Shown here: positions 12,310 to 25,120 of the stretch, one piece after another
Layout of the letters: every line of letters begins with the position of its first letter
How positions within the stretch are numbered: the first letter of the stretch is position 1
Translations under genes and position numbers: made by a program
The notes under the pieces: generated by a model
Database searches by the model: none
What the model was told of the DNA's origin: nothing
The model's input: only the letters and a program-made list of their open reading frames with translations
Assembly: GCA_043228905.1 (NCBI GenBank)
Contig: JBHGNT010000004.1
Location: 21,824,001-21,888,000, forward strand
Direction of reading: 5' to 3'
DNA: 64,000 nt
Source: Azolla caroliniana
Lineage: Eukaryota > Plantae > Polypodiophyta

Positions 12310-15300
12310 TGTCATGATATGGCAAGACTCGAACCCATGACCTTATGCTACATGGGTCGAGCTCTTGACCATTAGACTATACATTGTAATACGTAGAATA
12401 TTATTTTCATTTATGTTTTATTATAGAAAATTGATGTATATTCCAGATTTCTCTGGAACATTCTAGAAACTTTAGGAGTATTCTGTAGAACACTATAAAA
12501 GGAGGCACAAGGCATTATTTCGAACCAAATCGGTTCAACGCCAGTCTTAAGCCTCCTAGCTACTGTACATTTTCTTCATATAATATATATCTCTTCTTAT
12601 CATCACTCTCTCTCTCTCTCTCTCTCCCTCCCTCTCACTCACTCTTTCCTTCTCTCGAGAGTTCTTCACCTCTCTTAGTACTAATACTTCTTTTAGTACT
12701 AATTCCTTCTCTGTCTTCGTACTGTTCCTGACAGTTTGAACCGATTTTTCCTACCTTCTGTCTCTCTCATTTCCTACTAATCTCTTATTCCTCTTTTCTT
12801 TCATCCCATGGACACTATTAGCATTGAAGAATATCAATATGTTTTCTCGGAATTTCAATTCTTGAAAGAGAAGTTCCATGCTTTGGAACAAGAAAACCAA
12901 CGGTTGCTAGGGGATCTTCAACAAATGTCCTTAGAAAAGCAGCAAACGCAACAACAACATGGGGAACTTGCGTTACGCGTGCAACAACTCGAAGCAACCA
13001 TCGTAGCGATGCAACAACAAGGGTCCGGAACACAAGGGATTCATAAAGAACCCAAGATTGGTCTTCCCACGAAGTTCGATGGAACGTGATCGCAGTTTAG
13101 AGGGTTCCTTAACCAGGTACGATTAGTTATTCAAATGCATCCTTCTCGATATCCCACCGATGCATCACGAGTGGGTTTAGTAGGCACTTTGTTAAGTGGC
13201 TCAACGTTGGCATGGTTCGCTCCACTATTAGAAAAGGAATCTCTGTTACTCAACAATTTTGAAGAGTTTCTAGGTGAGTTTAAAGCATGTTTCGGAGATA
13301 CTGATAGCATCAGGATCGCAATCAACAAAATTCGGCGATTACGCCAAGGTGACCGTCCAGCCTCCGCATACGTTGCAGATTTTGGCCTACTCGCCGCCGA
13401 TATCCCTTGGGATGATCAAGCATTGATGGAGCAATTCCGTTATGGTTTACGCAACGACGTCAAGGATTTACTCTTGACCTTCCCCGAAGAGCCAAAGTCT
13501 TTAACAGAAGCAATCAGTCGCGCGGTGAGATGTGACAACCGCCTCTTTGAGCGACGTTCGGAACGACAACTACAGATGCCGAGGGCAAGATCAGAGCCCA
13601 CCTACGCCTCAGTGGTAGCAAGACCTTTTCCGAGGGAGTCATATAATGCGCCTCCAGCGAATACTCCGACTCCGATGGAGATTGACACTACACGTCGTCG
13701 AGGGCCATTATCCGAAGAAGAAAAGTAGCGACGCCGTACAAATCGACTATGTCTTTACTGCGGTGGACCAGGACATATTGCAATAAATTGCCCCCATAGG
13801 CCAAGAAGACAGGTAAACCAAATAGTCGCTAGTTCTAATTGTACTAAACCCGAGCCTATTTCAGTAGGGATATCTGATATTCCTAATAGTACTAATAGCC
13901 TAGATCTAGCGAACAGATTTGATGTCCTTAGTCAGTTAGAAGAAGAGTTAAACGACTAAGTCCAGCCAAAATAGGAGCCGTTTGGTTGGACAGCCCTAGA
14001 TCTGTGCAGCCCATTAGTGGTTCCATTCCCTCTAAGCAAGTTAGTGATGTGTTCGTAGTCCAAGTAATAGTTAGTACTAAAAGTACATGTCCTAGCACTC
14101 CTAGATTCCAGAGCTAACTCTTGCTTTATGGATAAGAAATTTGCTCAAGCTTATAAGATATCCCTAAGAAAACTCCAGTGTCCAGCCTCTGTAGTAGTCA
14201 TTGATGGACGTCCCATTGCTTCCGGAAATATCATAGAAGAGTCAGAGCCCATTAATATTGTCCTAGATAACTTAGCATGTGTAGTATCGTTTAATATTAT
14301 TAGTATCCCAAAGCATCCCATAGTTTTAGGATTGCCGTGGTTCGAGTTACATAACCCAGACATAGATTGGAGAACAAGAGAAATCCGGTGTCGACAAACC
14401 CAAGGGTCAACTTAGAAGATGGCAACCATTTCGTTACATTAGTTGCGTAAAGAAGGGCGCAAGGAGGAAATGTTCCTCTTTGCAATATCAGTAAACCCCT
14501 CCAGCACCACTAAAGAAGAATCCACCGTTCAACTTCCCGAGAAGTATCGTCATTACGCCGATGTTTTCGATAAAGTACAAGCCAATACACTTCCTCATCA
14601 TCGACCGTATGATTGCCCCATCGATTTACAACCGGGAAAAGAGCCGCCATGGGGACCGATCTACAATTTGTCACCAACCGAGCTGGAAGTCCTTCGGGCC
14701 TACATAGAGGAGAATTTGGAAAATGGTTTCATTCGGCATTCGAAATCTCCAGCCGGCGCGCCCATTTTCTTCGTCAAGAAAAAGGATGGATTGCTTCGTC
14801 TCGTTGTAGATTACCGTGGCCTGAATAAGGTTACAATCAGGAATAGGTATGCTCTTCCCCTTATCTCAAGTCTTTTAGAACGGATCAATGGTGCCAGGTT
14901 CTTCACGAAGATCGACTTACGGGGAGCATATAACCTCGTACGGATTCGACCAGGAGACGAATGGAAGACCGCGTTTCGCACCAGATATGGGCACTTTGAG
15001 TATACGGTCATGCCGTTCGACCTCACTAATGCGCCGGCAGTCTTCCAGCACATGGCTAATGATATATTCGGAGATCTATTGGATGATTGTTTGATCGTCT
15101 ATTTGGATGATCTACTGGTTTATTCAAAGAACCAAGAAGAACATGATTCTCATGTACTATTAGTACTAAAACGACTTCGAGAACATGGTATGTATGCAAA
15201 GCTGGAAAAATGTAGTTTCGGGTGCAACCAAGTGGAATTTCTCGGCTACATCATTTCGTCAGAAGGCATCTCCATGGACCCAGCTAAGGTCAAAACGGTG

Positions 15301-17818
15301 GTAGAATGGCAGACTCCGCGTTCAGTGTGGGATGTGCAATGCTTCCTAGGCTTTGCCAATTTTTACCGGAAGTTCATACAAGATTACTCAAAGATCGTTC
15401 TACCTCTCACACAACTTACTAGGAAGGGACAACCGTTCATCTGGTTTGAAGATACGGACATGGCTTTCGAGAGTCTTAAAAAGACAGTTACATCGGCTCC
15501 AATTCTAGCTCATGTCGATCCGGAAAAACCATTCATTATCGAAGCTGATGCATCGGATTTTGCATTGGGGAGCATTCTGTCACAACAGGGGAATGATGAG
15601 AAGCTACATCCTGTGGCTTTTCACTCACGCAAGTTTGACGCCGCCGAAATCAACTGCGAAATTCATGATAAGGAGCTATTGGCAATAGTGGATTCTTTTA
15701 TGCAATGGAGGCATTTTCTGGAGGGATCCTCTCATCCGGTCACCGTATTTAGTGACCACAAGAACCTTGCCTACTTTCAGGATGCTCGTGTGTTGAATCA
15801 ATGTCAAGCTCGGTGGGCCCACTTCCTCACGCGTTTCAACTTCAAAAATACATATCGTCTGGGGAAACACCAAGGGAAGGCAGATGCATTATCATGACGT
15901 TCGTATCTAGCACCCCGTCCCGGCGAGCCAACTTTCGATAACCAAAAACAAGTCATCTTGGGACCGGCATGACTACAAGCAACACAGATCTTTGACATGC
16001 CCATGGATTCCCGCGTTACCGATACCATACGCGAAGACTTGAAGACAGATGCGTTCGCCCAAGCTATACTAGCACAAATTGATCCCTCTCGAGCGTCGTG
16101 TTCATAGTCACAACCACAAATTGATCCCTCTCGGACTATCGGCAATTCAAATACCATGATGGATTACTCTTCTTTAAAGAACTTTTGTATGTTCCTAATG
16201 GTTCTTGCCGCCTTCAAGTAGTACAAAACTGTCATGACACATATACAGCTGGGCATTTTGGTAGTACTAAAACGATACATTTAGTACAACGATCATTCTG
16301 GTGGCCCTGTATGCGACAATTTGTCGAAGATTTTGTTCGGACTTGTCATACATGCTGCAGAGCGAAAATGCCAAGGAATCATCCATATGGTTTATTAGAA
16401 CCATTACCAATTCCAAGCAAGCCGTGGCAATCCATTGCTCTAGACTTCATCACAGATTTTCCAGTCTTTAAGGGGTTCAATGCGATTCTAACGGTGGCCG
16501 ATCGATATACGAAGATGGCTCATTTCTTGCCATGTACTAAGGAGATCTCCAGTGAAGACACTACCAAAATTGTCATGCGTGAAATATGTCGGCATCATGG
16601 ACTTCCCGATAGTATCATCAGCGACCGTGGACCCCAGTTCGTGTCAAAATTCTGGAAGCACCTTTTTAACATGCTCAAGGTCACTTGTAACCTCTCCTCC
16701 GGCTACCACCCAAAAACCGACGGCCAAGCCGAACGAACCAATCAAACGCTGGAGCAGTATCTGCGGTGCTTTCTCAGCTATCATCAGGATAACTGGGCAG
16801 ATATTCTCCACTTCGCCGAATTTGCCTATAACAACTCTATCCACGCATCCACTAAAGTTACGCCATTTTATGCTTATACGGGATGTCACCCCCGGTGGTG
16901 TGTACTTGAAACCCCAGAGGTGTCCACAAATCCTTGCGTAGAGGATCGTTTGGAGAGGTTACGCAAGATACAAGTGGATTTATCTACTCATCTCCAACAA
17001 GCTCAAGAAACACACAAGGTTTATGCGGATCGTCATCGACTCCCATCTAGTTTTAACATTGGAGATCGGGTATGGCTACTCCGACGACACATCAAGACTA
17101 CTCGCCCATGCGAGAAGTTGGATTCTCGGCGATTAGGTCCCTTCCGTATTATAGGAAAGATTAATGATGTCGCTTTTCGTCTTGATCTACCTCCACAACT
17201 TCGGATACATCCGGTGTTTCATAGTTCTCTCCTTGAACCCTATCAAGAGAGCACCATCCCAGGACGTATTACAAAACCTCAAACCCCGATCGAGCTTGAA
17301 GATGGACCTCAGTACGAGGTTGCCGCCATCCTTGATTCCAAGCTTGTTCGCAACAAGCTCTACTATCTAGTCGATTGGCTAGGATATAGTCCCAACAAGC
17401 GTAGTTGGGAACCGATAGAGAATGTCACCAATGCTCGTGCTCTTCTTGAAGACTTCCATCGTCAATATCCAGACAAACCGGGTCCTCAATCCAAAACGAC
17501 TCGTTACACTCGTCGTTTTAAAGGGGGGATAGTGTCATTATATAGTAAGACTCGAACCCATGACCTTATGCTTCGAGCTCTTGACCATTAGACTATACAT
17601 TGTAATACGTAAAATATTATTTTCATTTATGTTTTATTATAGAAAATTGATGTATATTCCAAATTTCTTTGGAACATTCTAGAAACTTCAGGAGCATTCC
17701 ATAGAACACTATAAAAGGAGGCACAAGGCATTATTTCGAACCAAATCGGTTCAACGCCAGTCTTAAGCCTCCTAGCTATTGTACATTTTCTTCATATAAT
17801 ATATATCTCTTCTTATCA

Positions 17819-17870
<52 letters not shown>

Positions 17871-18031
17871 CCTCTCACTCACTCTTTCCTTCTCTCGAGA
17901 GTTCTTCACCTCTCTTAGTACTAATACTTCTTTTAGTACTAATTCCTTCTCTGTCTTCGTACTGTTCCTGACAGTTTGAACCGATTTTTCCTACCTTCTG
18001 TTTCTCTCATTTCCTACTAATCTCTTATTCC
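12310..18031 (+). mobile_element. Ty3/gypsy chromovirus (Tcn1-like, self-priming) inserted in C1
   Basis: LTRs 12310-12733 and 17533-17973 (TGTCA...TGACA). PPT AAGGGGGGATAG. A second copy of the PBS and leader at 17974-18031. No tRNA PBS. Confidence 0.9.
12808..17591 (+). pseudogene. gag-pol: Chromovirus gag-pol (Gag, CCHC, PR, RT, RH, INT, chromodomain), several stops and frameshifts
   Basis: LLDS protease, YLDDLLVYS RT, DASDFALG RH, ISDRGPQF INT, chromodomain YEVAAILDSK...YYLVDWLGY...SWEP. Confidence 0.92.
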
Positions 18032-19551
18032 GTGTGACTTCGTGTCTACTTGACACACATCCGTATGCACCAACTCCAGTGGTGCATTACATCTCATCGG
18101 TGGCCTTGGTCGGAAGGAGGTCAAGTTTTGCTTACCGGCCAGACAATCAGTGCACTTCTCCAAGTGCATGTTCTTCACTGGAATGAGGTTGTCGTCTGCA
18201 AGCCTCTTCATCCCCTTCTTGCTCATGTGACACAACCTCTTGTGCCACAGCTCACCGCCAGTGTTGGATGCCACGTTCACTTCTTCCGGGCATAACCGGG
18301 CATTCATCAGGTACAGTGTGTTGACGTTCCGGGCCCGAGCCACAATTAGGCTCCCTTTGCTGAACTTCATGACACCGTTCTAGATGCTACCCGTGTAGCC
18401 TTCATCATCTAGCCGACCAGCTGATATCAGGTTCAGACGAACCTCCGGAACGTGTCGGACATCCTTCAGTAGCAACTTGCATCCGGTTGGTGTTGTTAGC
18501 CACACGTCTCCTATGCCGACAATTCGGCATGTACCTTGATTCCCTATCCGGACACAGCCGTGATCACCGACTGAGTAGAATGAGAAGCATTTCCAGTCCG
18601 GGGTAAGGTGGAACGACGCTCCGGAGTCTACCACCCAGGTCATCTCGTCGCCGGCCAGGTTTATCTCACTCTCCTCGGTGATGAGCATCAACTCTTCTTC
18701 AGTTGCCGCGATTGCCGTCGTTCCCTTCCGGTCCGCCCCCTCCGGTCTTTACCGTTCCGGTTCGGGGTCCGCTTCGAATCGGTACCGTCGGTTTCCTTGT
18801 CTTTTCGGAAATGCCGACAGTTCTTTTGGAAGTGTCCCGACTTGCCACAATAGAAGCAAGTAGGCCTTCCCCTTGACTTTGACCGTGTCCCCGACTTCTC
18901 TCGGTTCTGGGGACTACGGTTTCTATGTCTTCCACGTTCCGATTCGGTAAGGAGCGCTTTGGAGTCGGAGCTCGTATCTTTATCTTTCCGACATGCCTCC
19001 TCATCTAGCAAGCTCGACTTTACTCTTGCTAGGGATAACCGTTTTCCTTCCGGCCCGGTGTTGCCCAAAGTGACAACCAACGTCTCCCAGCTATCCGGGA
19101 GGGAACCGAGCAGGAGTAGCGCTAGTACCTCATCGGCGAGAGGTACTTCCAATGAAGTTGCCTGGTGGATCAGCCCCTGGAAGGCATTCATGTGCTTCGC
19201 CATGCTGGAGCCATCTTGGTACCGGAGTCTTACTAGCTTCCGGAATACCGAAACTTGATTAACAACATTTTTGTTTTGAAACATAATGCCGATCTTCTCC
19301 CAGAGCTCATGAGCCTTGCTCTCTTCAGTGAAGTTGTTGTACAGGCTCATGTCGATGAAGCACCGTATGTACGCCGTTGTCTTCATGTGCATCACCTCCC
19401 ATATTGTGGCGTCGATCTTGTCCGGTCTCTTTTCCCCGAACTGAACCGGTAACCAAAGATCTTTAACCACGAGCATGTCCCTCATCTTCGACTTCCACAC
19501 TGAATAGTTGGAGCTGGTGAGCTTGAACATGCCGCCAAACGATTCGTCCAT
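18032..19551 (-). pseudogene. gag-pol: C1 gag, protease and GAG-pre-integrase
   Basis: MDESFGGMFKLTSSNYSVWK, CFYCGKSGHFQKNC zinc knuckle, WVVDSGASFH, LWHKRLCH. Confidence 0.9.
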
Positions 19552-20250
19552 ATTCTGTGTTGTTTCGCTCTAATACCACTTGACGGGAACTCAAGGCTCC
19601 TTATACGCAACGCTCGGCCACAACCGCGCTTAGAATCACACACAGAAAACGGGAAATAATGAACGACATGAATAAGAGACGAGTACGCAGGATGTTTACG
19701 TGGAAAACCCAAACTAAGGGGAAAAACCACGGCAGCCCACAGGCTGCAAACTATCACTATGTTAGAATGTACAACAGTGAGTTCACGGAGGCAACGACCT
19801 CGTGCTCACGATCCTCGCGACAGGCGGCGGTTACAACAGAGGCAACAACCTCTTTCTCTCTCTCTCTCTCTGTGTACACAGTTACGCGCTCTCTCTCTCC
19901 TTGCACCAACAAGAAAATGACAACGAACAGTAACAAAAAGTTTGCCCTAAGTCATATTTATACTAATATGACTTTTCGGTTGTTTATAGATATAGCCTCG
20001 ATGGACTCTCAGAAACATATTTACGAATATGTCTCTTCATCCGGTGAGCATTTCTCACCGGGTCTGCACCATCCGGCTCTCCGTAGCCGGGTACTCCTCA
20101 TCCGGTTTCGGCCTCGGTCGAGTTTGTTCATCGGCACTGTTCTTCTCTCTTCCATCCGGAGGGACCTGTCTCCCAACAAATAGCTCATAAATTATATAAG
20201 TATAAATATAACTTAGGGCAAATGTGATGTGTGTGGTTATTATTATTGCT

Positions 20251-20287
<37 letters not shown>

Positions 20288-20528
20288 CAGAGCTAGTTTC
20301 TGTTGTAACCACTGGTAGGCGAAGATAGAGCTCGAGGTCATTGCCTCTGAGTCTCCCATTGTACCCTTCCTCTCTCATAGTGATAGTTGGAGCCCATGGT
20401 TAGTCCCGATTAGGGTTTTCCACGTTAACATCTTGTGCCGTCTTATTTCTATTTTCTGTTTTTCTTCCATTGAGTGATTGAGACTCGGTTGTGGCCAAGC
20501 ACTATTCCGCACAAACTGGTATTAGAGC

Positions 20529-21494
20529 ATGGAAGATCCATTCGATAGCATGTTCAAGCTCACCGGCTCCAACTACCCAGTATGGAAGTCGAAGATGAGG
20601 GACATGTTGGTGGTCAAAGATCTTTGCCTACCGGTATAGTTTGGGGACAAAAGACCGGACAAGATCGATGCCGCTACCTGGGAGGTAATGCAGATGAAAA
20701 CGATGACATACATTCGATGCTTCATCAACATGACCTTGTACAATAACTTTAATGAAGAGAACAAGGCCAATGAGCTCTGGGAGAAGATTGGCATGATGTT
20801 GGAGAACAAGAACGTCGCAAATAAGGTCTCAGTATTCCAGAAGATAGTGAGGCCCCGGTATCAAGATAGCGCTAGCATGGTAGAGCATATGAACGCCTTC
20901 CAAGGGCTGATAAACCAGACTACCTCACTCGAAGTACCGTTAGCCGACGAGGTACTGACACAGTTATTGCTCAGATCCCTTCCGGATAGCTGGGAGATGT
21001 TGGTTGTCACTTTGGGCAATGCTAGATAGGAAGGAAAGAACTTATCCTTGGCGAGAGTGAAGTCAAGCCTGCTAAACGAAGAAGCTTGCGGGAAGGATCG
21101 GGAGTTTGGAATTGATCCGAAGGCCTTGGTTACGGAAGATGACCACAACTGAGGAAGAGGCCAGAATCGGAGTCCCCAGAACCGGGATAAGTCAGGGATG
21201 AGGTTGAAGTCAAGGGGGAGGTCCACTTGCTTTTATTGTGGAAAGTTGGGGCACTTCCAGAAGAATTGCTAACATTTCCGGAAAGAAAAAGGAACCGACA
21301 ATGCAGACTCGAAGAATGGTCCAGACCAGAGAAGTTTGGATCGGAAAGGAACGATGACAATCACGACAAGCAAAGAAGAACTGTTCCTGATCACCGAGGA
21401 AAATGAGTTGCACCTTGTCAACGATGAGATGACATGGGTGGCCGACTTTGGAGCGTCATTCCACCTGACCCCTGACCGGAAGTGCTTCTCATCC
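20529..21494 (+). pseudogene. gag: C3 gag and protease start
   Basis: Homologous to C1/C2 gag; multiple stops. Confidence 0.85.
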
Positions 21495-23930
21495 TGTTGA
21501 GATATCAAGCTCAACTAGTTTAATCTAGTTAGTCATCCTTCAAATGCCGGTAGGATACTTCCTTACCGGTCCACACTCTCTGTGGCGTGTCTCCGTCCAA
21601 GGGTACTGAGGGTGATCTATTTATCACATATGTCGCCGTCGACAATGCCTCAGCCCAGAACTTCTTGGGTAGTTTTGCATGCGCTAGCATACTCCGGACC
21701 CTCTCCATTATGGTCCGGTTCATCCTCTCGGCCAGTCTGTTTAGTTCCGGCGTCTTCGGCACGGTAAATTCGAGCCGGATTCCCTTCGAGCGGCAGTACT
21801 CCTCGAACTGCCCCCGGTATTCTCCTCTGTTATCTGCTCGAACCGCCTTCAGCTTCCGGCCGGTTTCTCTTTCCACTCTCACGTGGAGCTCTTTGAAGAC
21901 GGATAGCACCTGATCCTTCGTCTTCAGCGGTGTGGCCCACAGCTTCCGGCTGTGGTCATCTATGAATGTAACGAAGTACTGCGCTCCGGCATGTGACTTT
22001 GTGTCTACTTGACACACATCCGTATGCACCAACTCCAGTGGTGCATTACGTCTCATCGGTGGCCTTGGTCGGAAGGAGGTCCGGTTCTGCTTACCGGCCA
22101 GACAATCAATGCACTTCTCTAAGTGCACGTTCTTCACTGGAATGAGGTTGTCGTCTGCAAGCCTCTTCATCCCCTTCTCGCTCATATAACACAACCTCTT
22201 GTGCCACAGCTCACCGCCAGTGTTGGATGCCACATTCACTTCTTCCGGGCATAACCGGGCATTCATCAGGTACAGTGTGTTGACCTTCCGGGCCCGAGCC
22301 ACAATCAGGCTCCCTTTGCTGAACTTCATGACGCCGTTCCGGATGCTACCTGTGTAGCCCTCATCATCTAGCCGACTGGCTGATATTAGGTTCAGTCGAA
22401 CCTCCGGAACGTGTCGGACATCCCTCAACAGCAACTTGCATCCGGTTGGTGTTGACAGCCACACGTCTCCTATGTCGACAATTCGGCATGTACCTTCATT
22501 CCCCATCCGACATAGCCGTGATCACCGGCTGAGTAGGATGAGAAGCATTTTCGGTCCGGGGTAAGGTGGAACGATGCTCCGGAGTCTACCACCCAGGTCA
22601 TCTCGTCGCCGGCAAGGTTTATCTCACTCTCCTCGGTGATGAGCATCAACTCTTCTTCACTTGCCGCGATTGCCATCGTTCCCTTCCGGTCCGGCCCCCT
22701 CCGGTCTTTACCGTTCCGGTTCGGGGTCCGCTTCGAATCGGTACCGTCGGTCTCCTTATCTTTTCGGAAATGCCGACAGTTCTTTTGGAAGTGTCCCGGT
22801 TTGCCGCAATAGAAGCAAGTGGGCCTCCCTCTTGACTTTGACCGTGTCCCCGACTTCTCCCGGTTCTGGGGACTACAGTTTCTATGTCTTCCGCGTTCCG
22901 ATTTGGTGATGAGCGCCTTGGAGTCGGAGCTCGTATCTTTATCTTTTCGACGCGCCTCCTCATCTAGCAAGCTCGACTTTACTCTTGCTAGGGATAACCG
23001 TTTTCCTTCCGGCCTGGCGTTTAGGGAGGGAACCGAGCAGGAGTAGCGCTAGTACCCCGTCGGCGAGAGGTACTTCCAATGATGTTGCCTAGTGTATCAG
23101 CCCCTGGAAGGCATTCATGTGCTCCGCCATGCTGGAGCCATCTTGGTACCGGAGTCTTACTAGCCTCTGGAATACCGACACCTGATTGACAACATTTTTG
23201 TTCTGAAACATAATGCCGATCTTCTCCCAGAGCTCATGAGCCTTGCTCTCTTCATTGAAGTTGTTGTACAGGCTCATGTCGATAAAGCACCGTATGTACG
23301 CCGTTGTCTTCATGTGCATCAAATCCCATATCGCGGCATCGATTTTGTCCGGTCTCTTGTCCCTGAACTGAACCGGCAGCTAGAGGTCTTTAACCACGAG
23401 CATGTCCCTCATCTTCGACTTCCACACTGAATAGTTGGAGCCGGTGAGCTTGAACATGCCGCCAAATGATTCGTTCATATTTATGTGTCGTTTCGCTCTG
23501 ATACCACTTGACGAGAACTGAACGCTCCTTATGCGCAACGCTCGGCCACAACCGAGCTTAGAATGATACACAGAAAACGGGTAATAAAACGCGACACAAA
23601 GAAGAAGAAAACACACAGGAGGTTTACATGGAAAACCCCAAACTAGGGGAGAAACCACGACAGCCCACAGGCTGCAAACTGTCACTATGTAAGAATGTAC
23701 AACAGTGAGTTCACTGAGGCAACGACCTCGTGCTCACTTATCTTCGCCACAGGCGGCGGTTACAACATAGGCAACGACCCTACAAAAAAGTTACGCACAC
23801 TCTCTATTCTTTCACAACCCTACAAAAAAGTTTGCCCTAAGTCATATTTATACTAATATGACTTTTCGGCTATTTACAAATGTAGCCTCGATGGACTCTT
23901 AGAAACATATTTAAGAATATGTCTCTTCCT

Positions 23931-24123
23931 CCGGTTCGCACCGGGTCTGCGTCATCTGGGTCTCCGTAGCCGGGTACTCCTCATCCGGTTCACACCGGGC
24001 CTGCACCATCCGGCTCTCCGTAGCCGGGTACTCCTCATCCGGTTCACACCGGGCCTGCACCATTCGGCTCTCCGTAGCCGGGTACTCCTCATCCTATTCA
24101 CACTGAGTCTGCACCATCTGGGT
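23931..24123. repeat. 54-bp tandem repeat (about 3.6 copies) in the C2 LTR
   Basis: Unit CCGGTTCACACCGGGCCTGCACCATCCGGCTCTCCGTAGCCGGGTACTCCTCAT; essentially one copy in the C1 LTRs. Confidence 0.9.
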
Positions 24124-24233
24124 TTGCCTTACGGCTTTTGCAAGGAGTGCGGGTCGATATACCGCTCGAATATGGAGCATGTCCACTCTTGATAGCGATA
24201 GGCCCCCCCGAACCCATTACTATCGTAGATGTA

Positions 24234-24293
24234 ACCAGGACTTCCCGGGAGGTCACCCATCCCAGTACTGTTCTGGCTCAAGCACGCTTAACT
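24234..24293 (-). ncRNA. 5S rRNA-derived fragment (about nt 50-109: box A, intermediate element, box C); not a full 5S gene
   Basis: Minus strand AGTTAAGCGTGCTTGAGCCAGAACAGTACTGGGATGGGTGACCTCCCGGGAAGTCCTGGT. The 5' ~49 nt of 5S are absent. Confidence 0.92.
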
Positions 24294-24747
24294 TGCAATG
24301 CTTGAAGCATCCAAACAACCACAAAACTCATGGCATGTGAGTTTATGGACCTTACGGTCGGAACAAGGAGTGCGGAATGGTCGATTATCGGCGGGTAGAG
24401 GTAGGCGAGGAGGAACACCACGCTCGATTTGAGCGCACCCGAATCGAAGACGAGGTAGAAGAAAGGAGAGGGAGCCGGCATGATTAGGAATAACAAAAAG
24501 GAAGAGGGATAGGGGTTTAAACACTAAGATTGGAAACATAAACACTAAAACAAAAAACATAACCCAAAAACTAACAAACATAAAATCTAAATCTAGATAC
24601 ATGAACCTAAAAATAAAGTAAAGGGTGGGGTAATTAGAAAGAAATTAAAAGATAGGCTTAAAGGGAGAGGGATTAACATACTAATTAAAATAGAGAGAGA
24701 GAGAGAGAGAGAGAGATTAAAACATAAATAAACCTAAGATTAAAACT

Positions 24748-24791
<44 letters not shown>

Positions 24792-25034
24792 AAACATAAA
24801 TAAACCTAAGATTAAAACTAAAATACGAGACAAAAAACATAATTAAAATTTAAAAACAAGGGTTACGGGGAGGGAAGAGGATTACCATACTAATAAAAAT
24901 GAAAGAGAGAGGTGCTATTACGAACTAGAGAAACATAATTAAAACACGATTAGAATAGAGAGGGCGAGGGAAAGAAACATAATTAAAAACATGTAATTAA
25001 CATTATAAATGAAAAATTACATGGGGTTTGAGGT

Positions 25035-25095
25035 ATGGTCTTATGGCAAACTAGTTTCGCCCATCACGGGCTCATCAGTGCCAACATAAGACCAT
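25035..25095 (-). ncRNA. Type I hammerhead ribozyme, minimal palindromic stem III
   Basis: Minus strand ATGGTCTTA-TGT-TGGCA CTGATGA GCCC-GTGAT-GGGC GAAA C-TA-G TT TGCCA-TAAGACCAT. 14-bp stem I with a 3-nt bulge, intact core, 4-bp stem II. Predicted cleavage after GUU, between 25049 and 25048. Confidence 0.92.
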
Positions 25096-25112
25096 GAGGG
25101 TGAGGGAGGGGG

Positions 25113-25120
25113 TTTATATA
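25113..25120 (-). promoter_or_regulatory. Putative TATA box upstream of the hammerhead
   Basis: Minus strand CCTATATAAACC, about 18 nt before stem I. Confidence 0.5.

Larger units (their letters stand above)
6282..20178 (-). mobile_element. C1: Ty1/copia (Tork/Tto1-like) inserted in the C3 LTR; RT deleted
   Basis: 5' LTR 19581-20178. 3' LTR 6282-6402 plus 11014-11490. Met-type PBS at about 19567-19578, PPT 11491-11500. TSD GATAG/AATAG. Confidence 0.9.

Noticed and set aside
23931-24123. CRISPR-like array
   Set aside because: Head-to-tail tandem units without unique spacers, no cas genes, eukaryotic LTR context.
24230-24365. Complete Cassandra TRIM or true 5S rRNA gene
   Set aside because: Only one 5S fragment, missing the first ~49 nt. 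No paired LTR, PBS, PPT or TSD.
24278-24602. Short minus-strand ORFs as a Penelope protein start
   Set aside because: No recognisable RT or GIY-YIG motif; they overlap low-complexity and 5S sequence.
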